In this document: in pieces, positions 9,594 through 18,262 of the stretch
Position numbering within the stretch: position 1 is the first letter of the stretch
Layout: each line of letters starts with the position of its first letter
Source: a virus
Taxonomy: Duplodnaviria > Caudoviricetes
Direction: 5' to 3' (one strand)
IMG/VR virus record: IMGVR_UViG_3300002220_003476
Span: 15,495 to 79,494 of that record
DNA length: 64,000 nucleotides
Position numbers and translations under genes: made by a program
Notes under the pieces: generated by a model
Database searches by the model: none
What the model saw: the letters and a program-made list of their open reading frames with translations, nothing else
Told to the model about the DNA's origin: nothing

Positions 9594-9944
9594 ATGACTT
9601 TTAATAAAGTAATTCAAGTAGGTAATCTAACTCGTGATCCAGAAGTAGTTAGTCTAAAAGATAAATTCTTAACAAAAATGTGTATTGCCGTCAACGGCCA
9701 AAAAGATGAAGTTTTATTCCTTGATATAGAATGTTGGGGTAAGTTGGCTGAATTATGTGCAAAATACCTCACAAAAGGTAGAGAAATTTTAGTAGAAGGT
9801 AGACTTAGACAGGATACTTGGGAAAAGGATGGACAAAAGAGAAGTAAGCTCACTGTTGTTGCTTCAGATATCCATTTTGGTCATAAAAATGACGGAGTTA
9901 AAGTAGAAGTAGAAAATGACGAAGAAGGAAATATTTCTCTTTAA
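9594..9944 (+). CDS. ssb: single-stranded DNA-binding protein
   Basis: FNKVIQVGNLTRDPE, WGKLAELCAKYLTKGREILVEGRLRQDTWE, acidic tail. Confidence 0.95.
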   Translation: MTFNKVIQVGNLTRDPEVVSLKDKFLTKMCIAVNGQKDEVLFLDIECWGKLAELCAKYLTKGREILVEGRLRQDTWEKDGQKRSKLTVVASDIHFGHKNDGVKVEVENDEEGNISL

Positions 9945-10147
9945 TGAATAAAAAAGAGACTCAGAATTATTTTTGGGAATTAGTTGAATATGATCTAAGT
10001 AAGAATTCAGAAATATCAATAATAAAAGAAAGATATTTAAACAGGGGTTATACAGACGAAGATTTTCAAAAGAGACTAAAAGATAATAATATGAATTTTA
10101 GAATTGAAGAAGAAAAAATATACATTTGGAAAAATAATGAACAGTAA
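9944..10147 (+). CDS. hypothetical protein
   Basis: ORF with TAATG overlap. Confidence 0.55.
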   Translation: MNKKETQNYFWELVEYDLSKNSEISIIKERYLNRGYTDEDFQKRLKDNNMNFRIEEEKIYIWKNNEQ

Positions 10148-10757
10148 TTTGACAGAACTAGTATTTGTAGTTGACAGAAGTGGTTCGATGAGTGAATCAG
10201 CTTCTGAAGCTGAAGGCGGAATTAAACAATTTATTGAAGAACAAAAACAAACTGTTGGTGAAGCTAACATCACAATAGTTGAGTTTAGTTCTAATGTTTC
10301 ATTATATTGTGATAATGTACCTCTCAAAGACTTTAAAGGTTATTTCCTATCTCCATTAGGAATGACTAAACTTCTAGATGGTTTAGGGTTTGCTATTAAT
10401 CATGTTGGTAATAGATTAATGAATACAAAAGAAGAAGATAGACCTGCTTTGGTTTTATTTACAGTTGTTACAGATGGTGCTGAAAACAACTCTAAAGAAT
10501 ATACCTATGAACAAATTCAAAAATTAATTAAACAACAAGAAGATATTTATAGTTGGAAATTTGGGTTCTTATGTGCAGGGTTAGAAGCAACACAAAATGC
10601 GACAAATTTGAATATTAATTCAAATAAAGTTAGCTCTGTTGATTTTAAGGATATTAAAGTGGGCTATCAAGCTTTTTCCAAGAGTGCTCATAAATGTAGA
10701 TCAGCATTAGCTGCCGGTCTATCTAATAGAGATATAGACTATAATTCTCAAGGTTGA
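10137..10757 (+). CDS. von Willebrand factor A (vWA) domain protein
   Basis: FVVDRSGSM (MIDAS DxSxS), GMTKLLDG, VVTDGAEN; start ATG 10137. Confidence 0.9.
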   Translation: MNSNLTELVFVVDRSGSMSESASEAEGGIKQFIEEQKQTVGEANITIVEFSSNVSLYCDNVPLKDFKGYFLSPLGMTKLLDGLGFAINHVGNRLMNTKEEDRPALVLFTVVTDGAENNSKEYTYEQIQKLIKQQEDIYSWKFGFLCAGLEATQNATNLNINSNKVSSVDFKDIKVGYQAFSKSAHKCRSALAAGLSNRDIDYNSQG

Positions 10758-10760
10758 TAA

Positions 10761-11243
10761 ATGAAAAAATTAATAATACTAGTAGGTAATATCGCTAGTG
10801 GTAAATCTACTTATGTTAAAAAATTCCCACAAGCAATAATTGTTAATGATGACTCAATTGTAAGTTCTGTTCACGGAGGGGACTACACTCTATACCAAAA
10901 AGAATTAAAACCTTTATACAAAACGATTGAAAATACTATAATTACGACCGCACTATCTCTTGATCGATTGGTTATTATCGACCGCCCGAATATGTCTAAA
11001 CAAACCAGACAGAGATATATTAGTATTGCTAAAAGTTTAGATGTTGAAGTGTTATGTGTTATTTTCCCTCTTCAAGATCCATATATTCATGCAAAAAGAA
11101 GATTTGATTCAGATAATAGAGATTTAACACTAAGACATTGGATAGAGACAGCAGAAAGAAAAAATGTAGAATTTGAACATCCGTCCTTTGACGAGGGATT
11201 TGATAATATCTTCATAGAAAATTATTATGATTGTTTCATTTGA
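10761..11243 (+). CDS. P-loop kinase (AAA_33/polynucleotide kinase-like)
   Basis: VGNIASGKST, VIIDRPNMSKQTRQRY. Confidence 0.8.
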   Translation: MKKLIILVGNIASGKSTYVKKFPQAIIVNDDSIVSSVHGGDYTLYQKELKPLYKTIENTIITTALSLDRLVIIDRPNMSKQTRQRYISIAKSLDVEVLCVIFPLQDPYIHAKRRFDSDNRDLTLRHWIETAERKNVEFEHPSFDEGFDNIFIENYYDCFI

Positions 11244-11287
11244 TTTTACTATTACGTTAACAAAAACTAATAACATAGGAAATATAT

Positions 11288-11530
11288 ATGAAAGCTAATT
11301 TAGAACAAGTAGAAGTTTTTACACCGTTTAGTTTAAAAATCACATTTGAATCAGAAAGCGAAGCCGCCGCTTTTTATTCATTATTCAATCATGACACTCT
11401 AATAAAAGCTACAGTTAGCGAGTCTTTTGCACTTCATATTAGATATGAATTAAATAAAATAAACATTAGTCAAGAAATTAAAAATTTCTATTTTAGAAAA
11501 ATAGTGGGAATAACGATAGATGTGCCGTAA
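11288..11530 (+). CDS. hypothetical protein
   Basis: ORF with AGGA RBS-like motif. Confidence 0.5.
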   Translation: MKANLEQVEVFTPFSLKITFESESEAAAFYSLFNHDTLIKATVSESFALHIRYELNKINISQEIKNFYFRKIVGITIDVP

Positions 11531-11765
11531 AAAATATATCCCCAAAAACAAGATATCAAAACATAATTAAACAATGTGCAAAACTAGTTCATACAAGTAA
11601 AAAGTATAGTAGAGACGTATTTTTATTAGAGATAAAGCTATGGTTGATGACTCACATATGATTTTTGCTTTATTAGACCCAATGATTGAAGAAGGTGGAA
11701 CATTTTATACTGTTAAATATGCAATGAAAATGAACAGACAAATTAAACATTATTTGAGAAATTAA
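11531..11765 (+). pseudogene. frameshifted SLOG/YspA-like fragment
   Basis: two frames join as PKTRYQNIIKQC...KKYSRDVFL / RDKAMVDDSHMIFALLD...EGGTFYTVKYAMK, resembling the YspA-like R..MVD.s...A....GGT..Tv.YA motif. Confidence 0.5.
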
Positions 11766-11959
11766 TGCACACTATTTATCGTGACCCCCAAACAAACAAC
11801 TGTATAATAGCAATAAAAGATGATCAATTTTATAAAACAGAAAATGGCACACATTATTGCATTATCTTAAAAAAAGATAAAAATTTATATCATATAGATG
11901 AACAGGATAAGAATTCATTGGTTAGTTATTTATATCACTTACAGGGTAAGTCTATATGA
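11765..11959 (+). CDS. hypothetical protein
   Basis: ORF with TAATG overlap. Confidence 0.5.
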   Translation: MHTIYRDPQTNNCIIAIKDDQFYKTENGTHYCIILKKDKNLYHIDEQDKNSLVSYLYHLQGKSI

Positions 11960-12019
11960 ATATTGAATCATTTAATAGTAATAGTAAATTCACCCGAATT
12001 GCTATAGAGAGAAACACGT

Positions 12020-12322
12020 ATGAAATATATAGAATATATCGTTGATACAAATTATCAAAACATAGAAATACCACTAGATTTAATTGGAAATTCACATGAA
12101 TGTATTGTTTTTATGTATACAGAATTTGGACCATGTAAAATTCAGACTAAATCTGAATGCATTAAAATACCATTTCTTAAACGTAGTATAGATGTTGATG
12201 AATTCTTAATATTCTTATCTAAAGAATCAAATAAAAAATCACAAATTATGTTAATGAAAAACTCAAACGGTGATATTGTAAATATAGTATCAGTAATAAC
12301 AGAAAAGAACAATAATGGCTAA
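12020..12322 (+). CDS. hypothetical protein
   Basis: ORF. Confidence 0.55.
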   Translation: MKYIEYIVDTNYQNIEIPLDLIGNSHECIVFMYTEFGPCKIQTKSECIKIPFLKRSIDVDEFLIFLSKESNKKSQIMLMKNSNGDIVNIVSVITEKNNNG

Positions 12323-12521
12323 ACTAAAATTTAAAGAATCAAAACACGATAGTGCAGTAAAATTTATGGGAGAATCTCCCTTTGGTTCTCACGCTAGTAT
12401 GGTTAAGGAATATCTTGAAGAAGGAAAAGTGGTGTTAGTAGATGAAAAGGGTGAATATATTACATACGTAGATCGACTAGATAATGGCCTGGCAGACCCA
12501 AGAAGGTTTGAAAGAGTATGA
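12315..12521 (+). CDS. hypothetical phage protein
   Basis: ORF; RLDNGLADPRR motif. Confidence 0.6.
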   Translation: MAKLKFKESKHDSAVKFMGESPFGSHASMVKEYLEEGKVVLVDEKGEYITYVDRLDNGLADPRRFERV

Positions 12522-13063
12522 AAGTATTAGCTGCGTGTGAGTTTTCTGGAGTAGTTAGAGATACTTTTTTAAAACGTGGACATGAAGCATATTCTTGTGA
12601 TATACTTCCAGGAAATCATAAAAATCATATTCAAGATGATATATTAAAAATTTTATTCGATGATTGGGATTTAGTTATAGCATGTCCACCTTGTACTCAT
12701 TTAGCTGTTTCTGGTGCCAGACATTTTGAAGAAAAAAGAAAAGATGGCAGACAACAAGAAGGCATAGACTTCTTTCTTCAATTTACTAAGCTTACATGTA
12801 AATGGTGTATTGAAAATCCAGTTGGTATTATGTCAACGGTTTATAGAAAACCAGATCAGCTTATTCAACCTTGGCAGTTTGGTCATGGAGAGTGCAAGAG
12901 AACTTGTTTATGGCTTCATAAATTGCCTCTATTAAAACCTACAAATATTGTCGAAGGCAGAGAACAAAGGATTTGGAAAATGTCACCATCAAAAGATAGA
13001 GGTCACCTAAGATCAATTTTTTATAGCGGTATTGCAGAAGCAATGAGCCTACAATGGGGATAA
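12518..13063 (+). CDS. short phage C5 DNA-cytosine methyltransferase-like protein
   Basis: VLAACEFSG, DLVIACPPCTHL (PC motif), IENPVG. Confidence 0.75.
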   Translation: MKVLAACEFSGVVRDTFLKRGHEAYSCDILPGNHKNHIQDDILKILFDDWDLVIACPPCTHLAVSGARHFEEKRKDGRQQEGIDFFLQFTKLTCKWCIENPVGIMSTVYRKPDQLIQPWQFGHGECKRTCLWLHKLPLLKPTNIVEGREQRIWKMSPSKDRGHLRSIFYSGIAEAMSLQWG

Positions 13064-13064
13064 T

Positions 13065-13823
13065 ATGTTTATATATGCTGTATCTGGTGATAACTCTATT
13101 GAAGAAGTAAATGTGTCAATAAAGTATCTCAAAAAATATACAAAAAAAGATATACTTATTATTTATCGTAATTCTAATATTAAGATAGACCATGATAATT
13201 TTGTAGAATTTCCTCTAGAGTTTGCTAAATATAATCTATCAAATAGAGAAGCGGCGATTTTATTAAAAACATCAGTTTGTAATTTTACTAATGTTAAATC
13301 AGTGTATTTAGATAGTGATATAGTTGCAACACGAGATGTGGACTCAATTTTTAGTTATAATCCAGATCCTATCCTATTTTGTAATGACCATAGTAATGTT
13401 GACTATTTTAGTAGATGTTCCGTAAAAAATGGACATCTAGTAGACCACCTAAAAAAAGATTTTAATGTAGAAGTGAATAAAGATTACATTCAAGCTAATG
13501 GTGGTTTATTTCTTTTTGATAAGTGTAGTATAGAATTTTTAAGACAATGGCACACAAATTGTTTAAAAGTATTTAGTTTAGATTCTTGGGTAACTAGAGA
13601 TCAAGGGGCTTTGATAGCGACAATGTTTCAAATGAGACTACAAAATTCACCAAGGTTACCTTCTGTATATAATTATTTAATAAGCGACCACAGTTTTCAC
13701 GACTTTGCAAGATCTTGTCTACTTATACAGTCTAAAATACACCCTTTCTTTCTTCATTTTCTTGAGAATTCTTTCAATAACAAAGATAGTAATATATGGC
13801 AGATCTGTACGAAAAACATATAA
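13065..13823 (+). CDS. GT-A glycosyltransferase (GT8-like)
   Basis: VYLDSDIV (DxD), ANGGLFLF, RDQGAL, YNY...HF. Confidence 0.7.
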   Translation: MFIYAVSGDNSIEEVNVSIKYLKKYTKKDILIIYRNSNIKIDHDNFVEFPLEFAKYNLSNREAAILLKTSVCNFTNVKSVYLDSDIVATRDVDSIFSYNPDPILFCNDHSNVDYFSRCSVKNGHLVDHLKKDFNVEVNKDYIQANGGLFLFDKCSIEFLRQWHTNCLKVFSLDSWVTRDQGALIATMFQMRLQNSPRLPSVYNYLISDHSFHDFARSCLLIQSKIHPFFLHFLENSFNNKDSNIWQICTKNI

Positions 13824-14614
13824 TTGCTTACGCAAAAGATCCATTAATTAGATTTCAAGCTAGTAGCGGAGGTTTTTGTAAAGTTTTTCTACAATATTTA
13901 ATAGAACAAAATATAGTAGACAAAGTTATATTTACTAGAATGGAAGAGAATGGGTCAAATCCTATGTCTCTAATATCTAATGATGTCGATAAAATTCTTA
14001 CTCGTACAAATAGTATATACCAATATCATAATCAGATAAAAATATTAGACAGCATTAACGAAGAAGAAAGATATGTATTTATTGGATTACCATGCTTTGT
14101 AAGGTATATTCGTACTCAACAAATAAAGTATAATAGATATAAAAATATTCAACTATTGATAAGTATACTATGTAATCAAGCTCCGTCTCCATCTTTTAAA
14201 GAGTCAATTTGTAAAGATAATAATATAGATATACCGCAAATATCAGAGATAGACTATAGACATGGAGTATATCCTGGTAAAATAAAATTTTCACTTAAAG
14301 ATAATTCTAGTATTATTCTTTCGTTTAAAGAAACTTGGGTAAAATATAATTACCCAAATCTTCAATTCATACCAATGTGTTGTTTAAATTGTGAATTGTT
14401 TGAGAGTACATTTGCAGATATTGTTGTTGGAGACCCTTGGTTAACTGATTACGATAAATCTAAACTAGGATGGACAAAAGTTATAGTAAGAAATAAAGAA
14501 AGTATGAATTTAATAGAACAAAGTAAAAAATACATCTACTTTGAAGAGTTAAAAAATACAGTATTAGCATATAAACACACTAAACAAGATAAATATAAAA
14601 AATATTATGCGTAA
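13796..14614 (+). CDS. coenzyme F420 hydrogenase beta subunit (FrhB)-like protein
   Basis: ASSGGF, FIGLPC, ILCNQAP, CCLNC, ADIVVGDPW. Confidence 0.75.
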   Translation: MADLYEKHIIAYAKDPLIRFQASSGGFCKVFLQYLIEQNIVDKVIFTRMEENGSNPMSLISNDVDKILTRTNSIYQYHNQIKILDSINEEERYVFIGLPCFVRYIRTQQIKYNRYKNIQLLISILCNQAPSPSFKESICKDNNIDIPQISEIDYRHGVYPGKIKFSLKDNSSIILSFKETWVKYNYPNLQFIPMCCLNCELFESTFADIVVGDPWLTDYDKSKLGWTKVIVRNKESMNLIEQSKKYIYFEELKNTVLAYKHTKQDKYKKYYA

Positions 14615-15491
14615 ATTAATAATACCTCCAGCACCAGATTCACCAGGAAGTTTAGGAGATCAAGCAATATTATTAGTTGTAAGAGACGGTGACTCTACAC
14701 TAGGGGTGCAAGACGTAACTCATCCATTTTGGAATAAATTGAGATATAATAGAAGGTATTCTATAAACCATTTAGAATATAGTCATTATGATGAAATTCA
14801 TATTTATCCAACAGATACTATTGACGGAGCATTTGGACCACATTGTATAGCCAATTTAAAAAAAATAACAGATATCTTTTTAGGAAAACCTATCTATCTT
14901 CACAGTTTTAGCTGGGGACCAAATCCTATAACAGAATCAATTAATTATATTAAACAGCTAAATGCTTCTTTTTCAGTAAGAGATCAGTATAGTTTTGATA
15001 GATTTACAAAGATGTTCCCAAGTAAAAAGTTAATACTAGAAGAAGATCCAGCATTTTTACTTCCTACACAACAACCGAGAAATCCCGTCAATATACCAAA
15101 TAAATCTATAGGAGTTTGTCCGACAGGTAATAGTAAAATTAACTATTTTGAAATAGTCAATCTTATTTTATCAAAAGGTTATAATCCTGTTGTGTTCCCT
15201 CATGATTTAAGAGAGTCTACAAAAGACGTTGATCTAGCCACTCAGTTAAGCTCTCAATATAATTGTTTATTATTAGAGTCTAAAGACTCAAGAGAAATAA
15301 AATTTTATATTAATCAGATGTCGATGTTAATTTCTGGAAGAATGCACGCTGCTATTGCCGCGTTATCTCTGAATGTTCCTGTGTATGCATTTGACTACAA
15401 TAATAAGATGCACGGCGTGTTTAAAACAAGAAACAAGGAACACTTTATTATAAATCATATAGACGATATTAATTTTAATTATGCTAAATAA
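14607..15491 (+). CDS. polysaccharide pyruvyl transferase (WcaK/CsaB family)
   Basis: GSLGDQAIL, SVRDQYS, EDPAFLL, ISGRMHAAIAALSLNVP...YNNKM. Confidence 0.85.
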   Translation: MRKLIIPPAPDSPGSLGDQAILLVVRDGDSTLGVQDVTHPFWNKLRYNRRYSINHLEYSHYDEIHIYPTDTIDGAFGPHCIANLKKITDIFLGKPIYLHSFSWGPNPITESINYIKQLNASFSVRDQYSFDRFTKMFPSKKLILEEDPAFLLPTQQPRNPVNIPNKSIGVCPTGNSKINYFEIVNLILSKGYNPVVFPHDLRESTKDVDLATQLSSQYNCLLLESKDSREIKFYINQMSMLISGRMHAAIAALSLNVPVYAFDYNNKMHGVFKTRNKEHFIINHIDDINFNYAK

Positions 15492-16383
15492 ATTTTACAT
15501 ACCAGATCAACATAGATGGGACCATCATAGACATGGATGGAATTTTGTTGTTCAAGAATTACAAAAATATTCCAATAGAAATGGAATTTTGTTAGAAACA
15601 ACATTTGATAATAAACACACATACGACTATCAACAATATAAAAATACACTACCAATTACTCAACCTTGGGTTGGATTTTTACATTTAACCCCTAATAAAG
15701 ACTTATCAATCGATTTTACTATATCTGAAGCGTTTAATCACCAACGATGTAAAGAATCGTTAGATAACTGTTTAGGATTATATACATTATCTAAATATTT
15801 AAAAAATCATGTTGACAATTTTAATTTACCATTTCTTGTTGAGAATTTATATCTTCCAACAGATCTTAATATACATCAATTTAGACCAAAAGAAATACAA
15901 AACATAATTCATCTTGGTCATCATAAAAGAAAATTTGAAAGCTTTGCTAGACTACAAACAAGTCTTAATAAGATAACGGTAGTAGCACACGATAGAGGGT
16001 GGAGTCTACTAAAATCTAGATTAAATGAAAAAGAAACAATACGACATAATTTATGTATCGGAATATCTAATCAACATTTAGATGAACTATTAATTTCCAA
16101 TGTAGTTTTTGTAGACTTATTCGATTCAAGTGCTAATAATACAGTCGTTGAATGCATAGCGAGAAATACACCAATTTTAATTAATGATCATCCAGCAGTA
16201 AAAGAATATCTAGGAGATGATTATCCCTTTTACTATTCTTCTCTAGAAGAAGCTTCTTTTAAGCTTAATGCAGAGTCTATTAATCAAGCATATGAATATC
16301 TAGTAAACAAAGATAAAAATTTTCTAAGTATAGAATCGTTTATATCAGATATTCAAAAATCTAAAATTTATCAATCATTATGA
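15481..16383 (+). CDS. GT-B-like glycosyltransferase
   Basis: HRHGW, WVGFLH, DSSANNTVVECIARNTPILIN.HPAVKEYLG..YP. Confidence 0.6.
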   Translation: MLNKFYIPDQHRWDHHRHGWNFVVQELQKYSNRNGILLETTFDNKHTYDYQQYKNTLPITQPWVGFLHLTPNKDLSIDFTISEAFNHQRCKESLDNCLGLYTLSKYLKNHVDNFNLPFLVENLYLPTDLNIHQFRPKEIQNIIHLGHHKRKFESFARLQTSLNKITVVAHDRGWSLLKSRLNEKETIRHNLCIGISNQHLDELLISNVVFVDLFDSSANNTVVECIARNTPILINDHPAVKEYLGDDYPFYYSSLEEASFKLNAESINQAYEYLVNKDKNFLSIESFISDIQKSKIYQSL

Positions 16384-17129
16384 CATATCACTTTGTTACA
16401 GAATCAGAACCTTATTGGATATTAGGTAATATATGTAAGAGTCTAAGCAAATATTTATCTGCTTCTATATCTTCTAATATAGATAATACTAAAGATGTGA
16501 ACATTTTTGTAAACTACTGTGTTAATATGGATGGTTTTGATCAGTGTACATCTAAAAGACTATGTTTATTTACACACAGGGAGACAGATGTAAAATCAGA
16601 CGAATGGGATTACACAGCAAGAGAGTGTGATTATTGTTTATGTCAATCTTCTCAATGGTTATCATATTTGCCTAATGAAAAAACAACACTCTTTAATATA
16701 GGATTAGATGATATATTCTATAAAAATAGTGATAAGCTTACTATAGGAGTTATTGGAAGAGAATATGATTATACAGATAGAAAGAATTATTCTCTTTTAA
16801 AAGAAATAAAAAAAATAAACGGTGTAAAAATTAAATTTTCTGGAGGTAGATTATCTCTAAATGAACTAGATCAACTATATAATGATGTCGATATTATATT
16901 AGTCACATCAAAAATAGAGGGCGGTCCAATGTGTATTAAAGAAGCTATAGCCAAAAGAAAAATAGTGATATCATCTCCAGTTGGTTATGCGTTGGAATAT
17001 CCTTGTATCACTTACAACACTCAGCAAGAGTTGTTAAATATAATTAAAAGTTATATCATTCACGGTAATGAATGGTTGCATTCGGCAATTATGATTAAAG
17101 AAATAACACAGAAAATTAAATATGACTAA
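16380..17129 (+). CDS. glycosyltransferase family 4
   Basis: LYNDVDIILVTSKIEGGPMCIKEAIA...ISSPVG. Confidence 0.8.
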   Translation: MTYHFVTESEPYWILGNICKSLSKYLSASISSNIDNTKDVNIFVNYCVNMDGFDQCTSKRLCLFTHRETDVKSDEWDYTARECDYCLCQSSQWLSYLPNEKTTLFNIGLDDIFYKNSDKLTIGVIGREYDYTDRKNYSLLKEIKKINGVKIKFSGGRLSLNELDQLYNDVDIILVTSKIEGGPMCIKEAIAKRKIVISSPVGYALEYPCITYNTQQELLNIIKSYIIHGNEWLHSAIMIKEITQKIKYD

Positions 17130-17949
17130 CGAAAATAATCAATATACAACAGACGCAGACTTTAATTTTCTCCTATTAATCAATTTTATTGAAGAACTCA
17201 AAAATACCACATCTATTAAAAATAAGCAATCTATTATCAAAAAATATATTGTTGACGATTTTATAAGAAAAGTTTTATTTTATACATATAATTCATTTAA
17301 ACAGTATTACGTCACCAGTGATAATTGTAAAAAATTACTAGATAGAAATATTGAAGGAAAAAAATATACATCAGTATTTGATCTTCTAGACGATCTGTCT
17401 GATAGGGTTATTACTGGGCATGAAGCTGTTCATGCAGTTAATGAGCTTGCAAAAACTTATCCAGTTGTTTATGATATTGTAGACAAAGATTTAAAATGTC
17501 GAATTGGGGCGTCTCTAATCAATAAAGTGGTGAATTTAATTCCGACATTTGATGTGGCGTTAGCTAATGTTTATGAACCTAAACTAGTTAATATTTTAAC
17601 TGATGATTGGTATATATCACATAAAATTGACGGTTGTGTTGATTATGACACTTTAGTAGAATTTGAAGATGGAAAGAAAATTAAAATTGGAGAAGTTGTA
17701 GATAATAAAATTCATGGCAATATAAAATCTTTTAATCATCAAACTAATAAAATAGAATATAAACCAATATTGAATTTTATGAAAAATATAGATGATATAA
17801 ATGACTCATCAGACGAGTGGTTTGAAATAGAGTTAGATAATGGTAATAAATTACAAATTACTGGTAATGATACAGTATATCTTCCAGAGATAAATATTTA
17901 TCGTCGTGTAGACCAATTACAAGGAAATGAATCTATTTATTTTGACTAA
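17122..17949 (+). CDS. lig: ATP-dependent DNA ligase N-terminal fragment fused to split intein N-part
   Basis: ligase N-domain, motif I HKIDG immediately followed by intein block A CVDYDTLV; ORF stops after 104 intein residues. Confidence 0.9.
   Translation: MTNENNQYTTDADFNFLLLINFIEELKNTTSIKNKQSIIKKYIVDDFIRKVLFYTYNSFKQYYVTSDNCKKLLDRNIEGKKYTSVFDLLDDLSDRVITGHEAVHAVNELAKTYPVVYDIVDKDLKCRIGASLINKVVNLIPTFDVALANVYEPKLVNILTDDWYISHKIDGCVDYDTLVEFEDGKKIKIGEVVDNKIHGNIKSFNHQTNKIEYKPILNFMKNIDDINDSSDEWFEIELDNGNKLQITGNDTVYLPEINIYRRVDQLQGNESIYFD
17635..17946 (+). mobile_element. split intein, N-part (104 aa)
   Basis: C1-VDYDTLVEFEDGKKIKIGEV; block B-like ELDNGNKLQITGND; acidic. Confidence 0.85.
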
Positions 17950-17987
17950 AATAATATTATTTTCATAATTTTCTGTCTATCTTGTAA

Positions 17988-18188
17988 CTATCAGATTATA
18001 TTATACATACTTGGTCTGGAGATTTAACAGCAGAAGAAATATGGTTTAAAGACTAGTCTAGAAAAAAATATTTAGAAAGCTTTGTATATAAAGTTTATAT
18101 ATTCTGGGAGTCTGAAATACGAACTAATATAAAAATAGTTGAAGAAAAAATATGCCAAATATTAAAATTAAAAATATTAAAAGAATAA
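17988..18188 (+). pseudogene. remnant of Vsr-like/DUF559-type homing endonuclease
   Basis: TAEEIWFKD*SRKKYLESFVYKVYIFWESEI with in-frame TAG at 18054 and no start; overlaps IntC start codon. Confidence 0.7.
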
Positions 18189-18262
18189 ATAGTAGAACCA
18201 AATATGAACTACAAGTTAAAGATAATGAAAATTATTTTGCTAATGGTATTTTAAAACATAAT
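18152..18262 (+). mobile_element. split intein, C-part (37 aa)
   Basis: basic MPNIKIKNIKRIN...YELQV...NYFANGILKHN followed by +1 Cys. Confidence 0.88.

Noticed and set aside
18054-18056. In-frame TAG suggesting stop-codon recoding (genetic code 15)
   Set aside because: Long genes read through in code 11 without internal TAGs, and TAG ends genes normally at 4572-4574 and 20160-20162. Pseudogenisation explains this TAG better.
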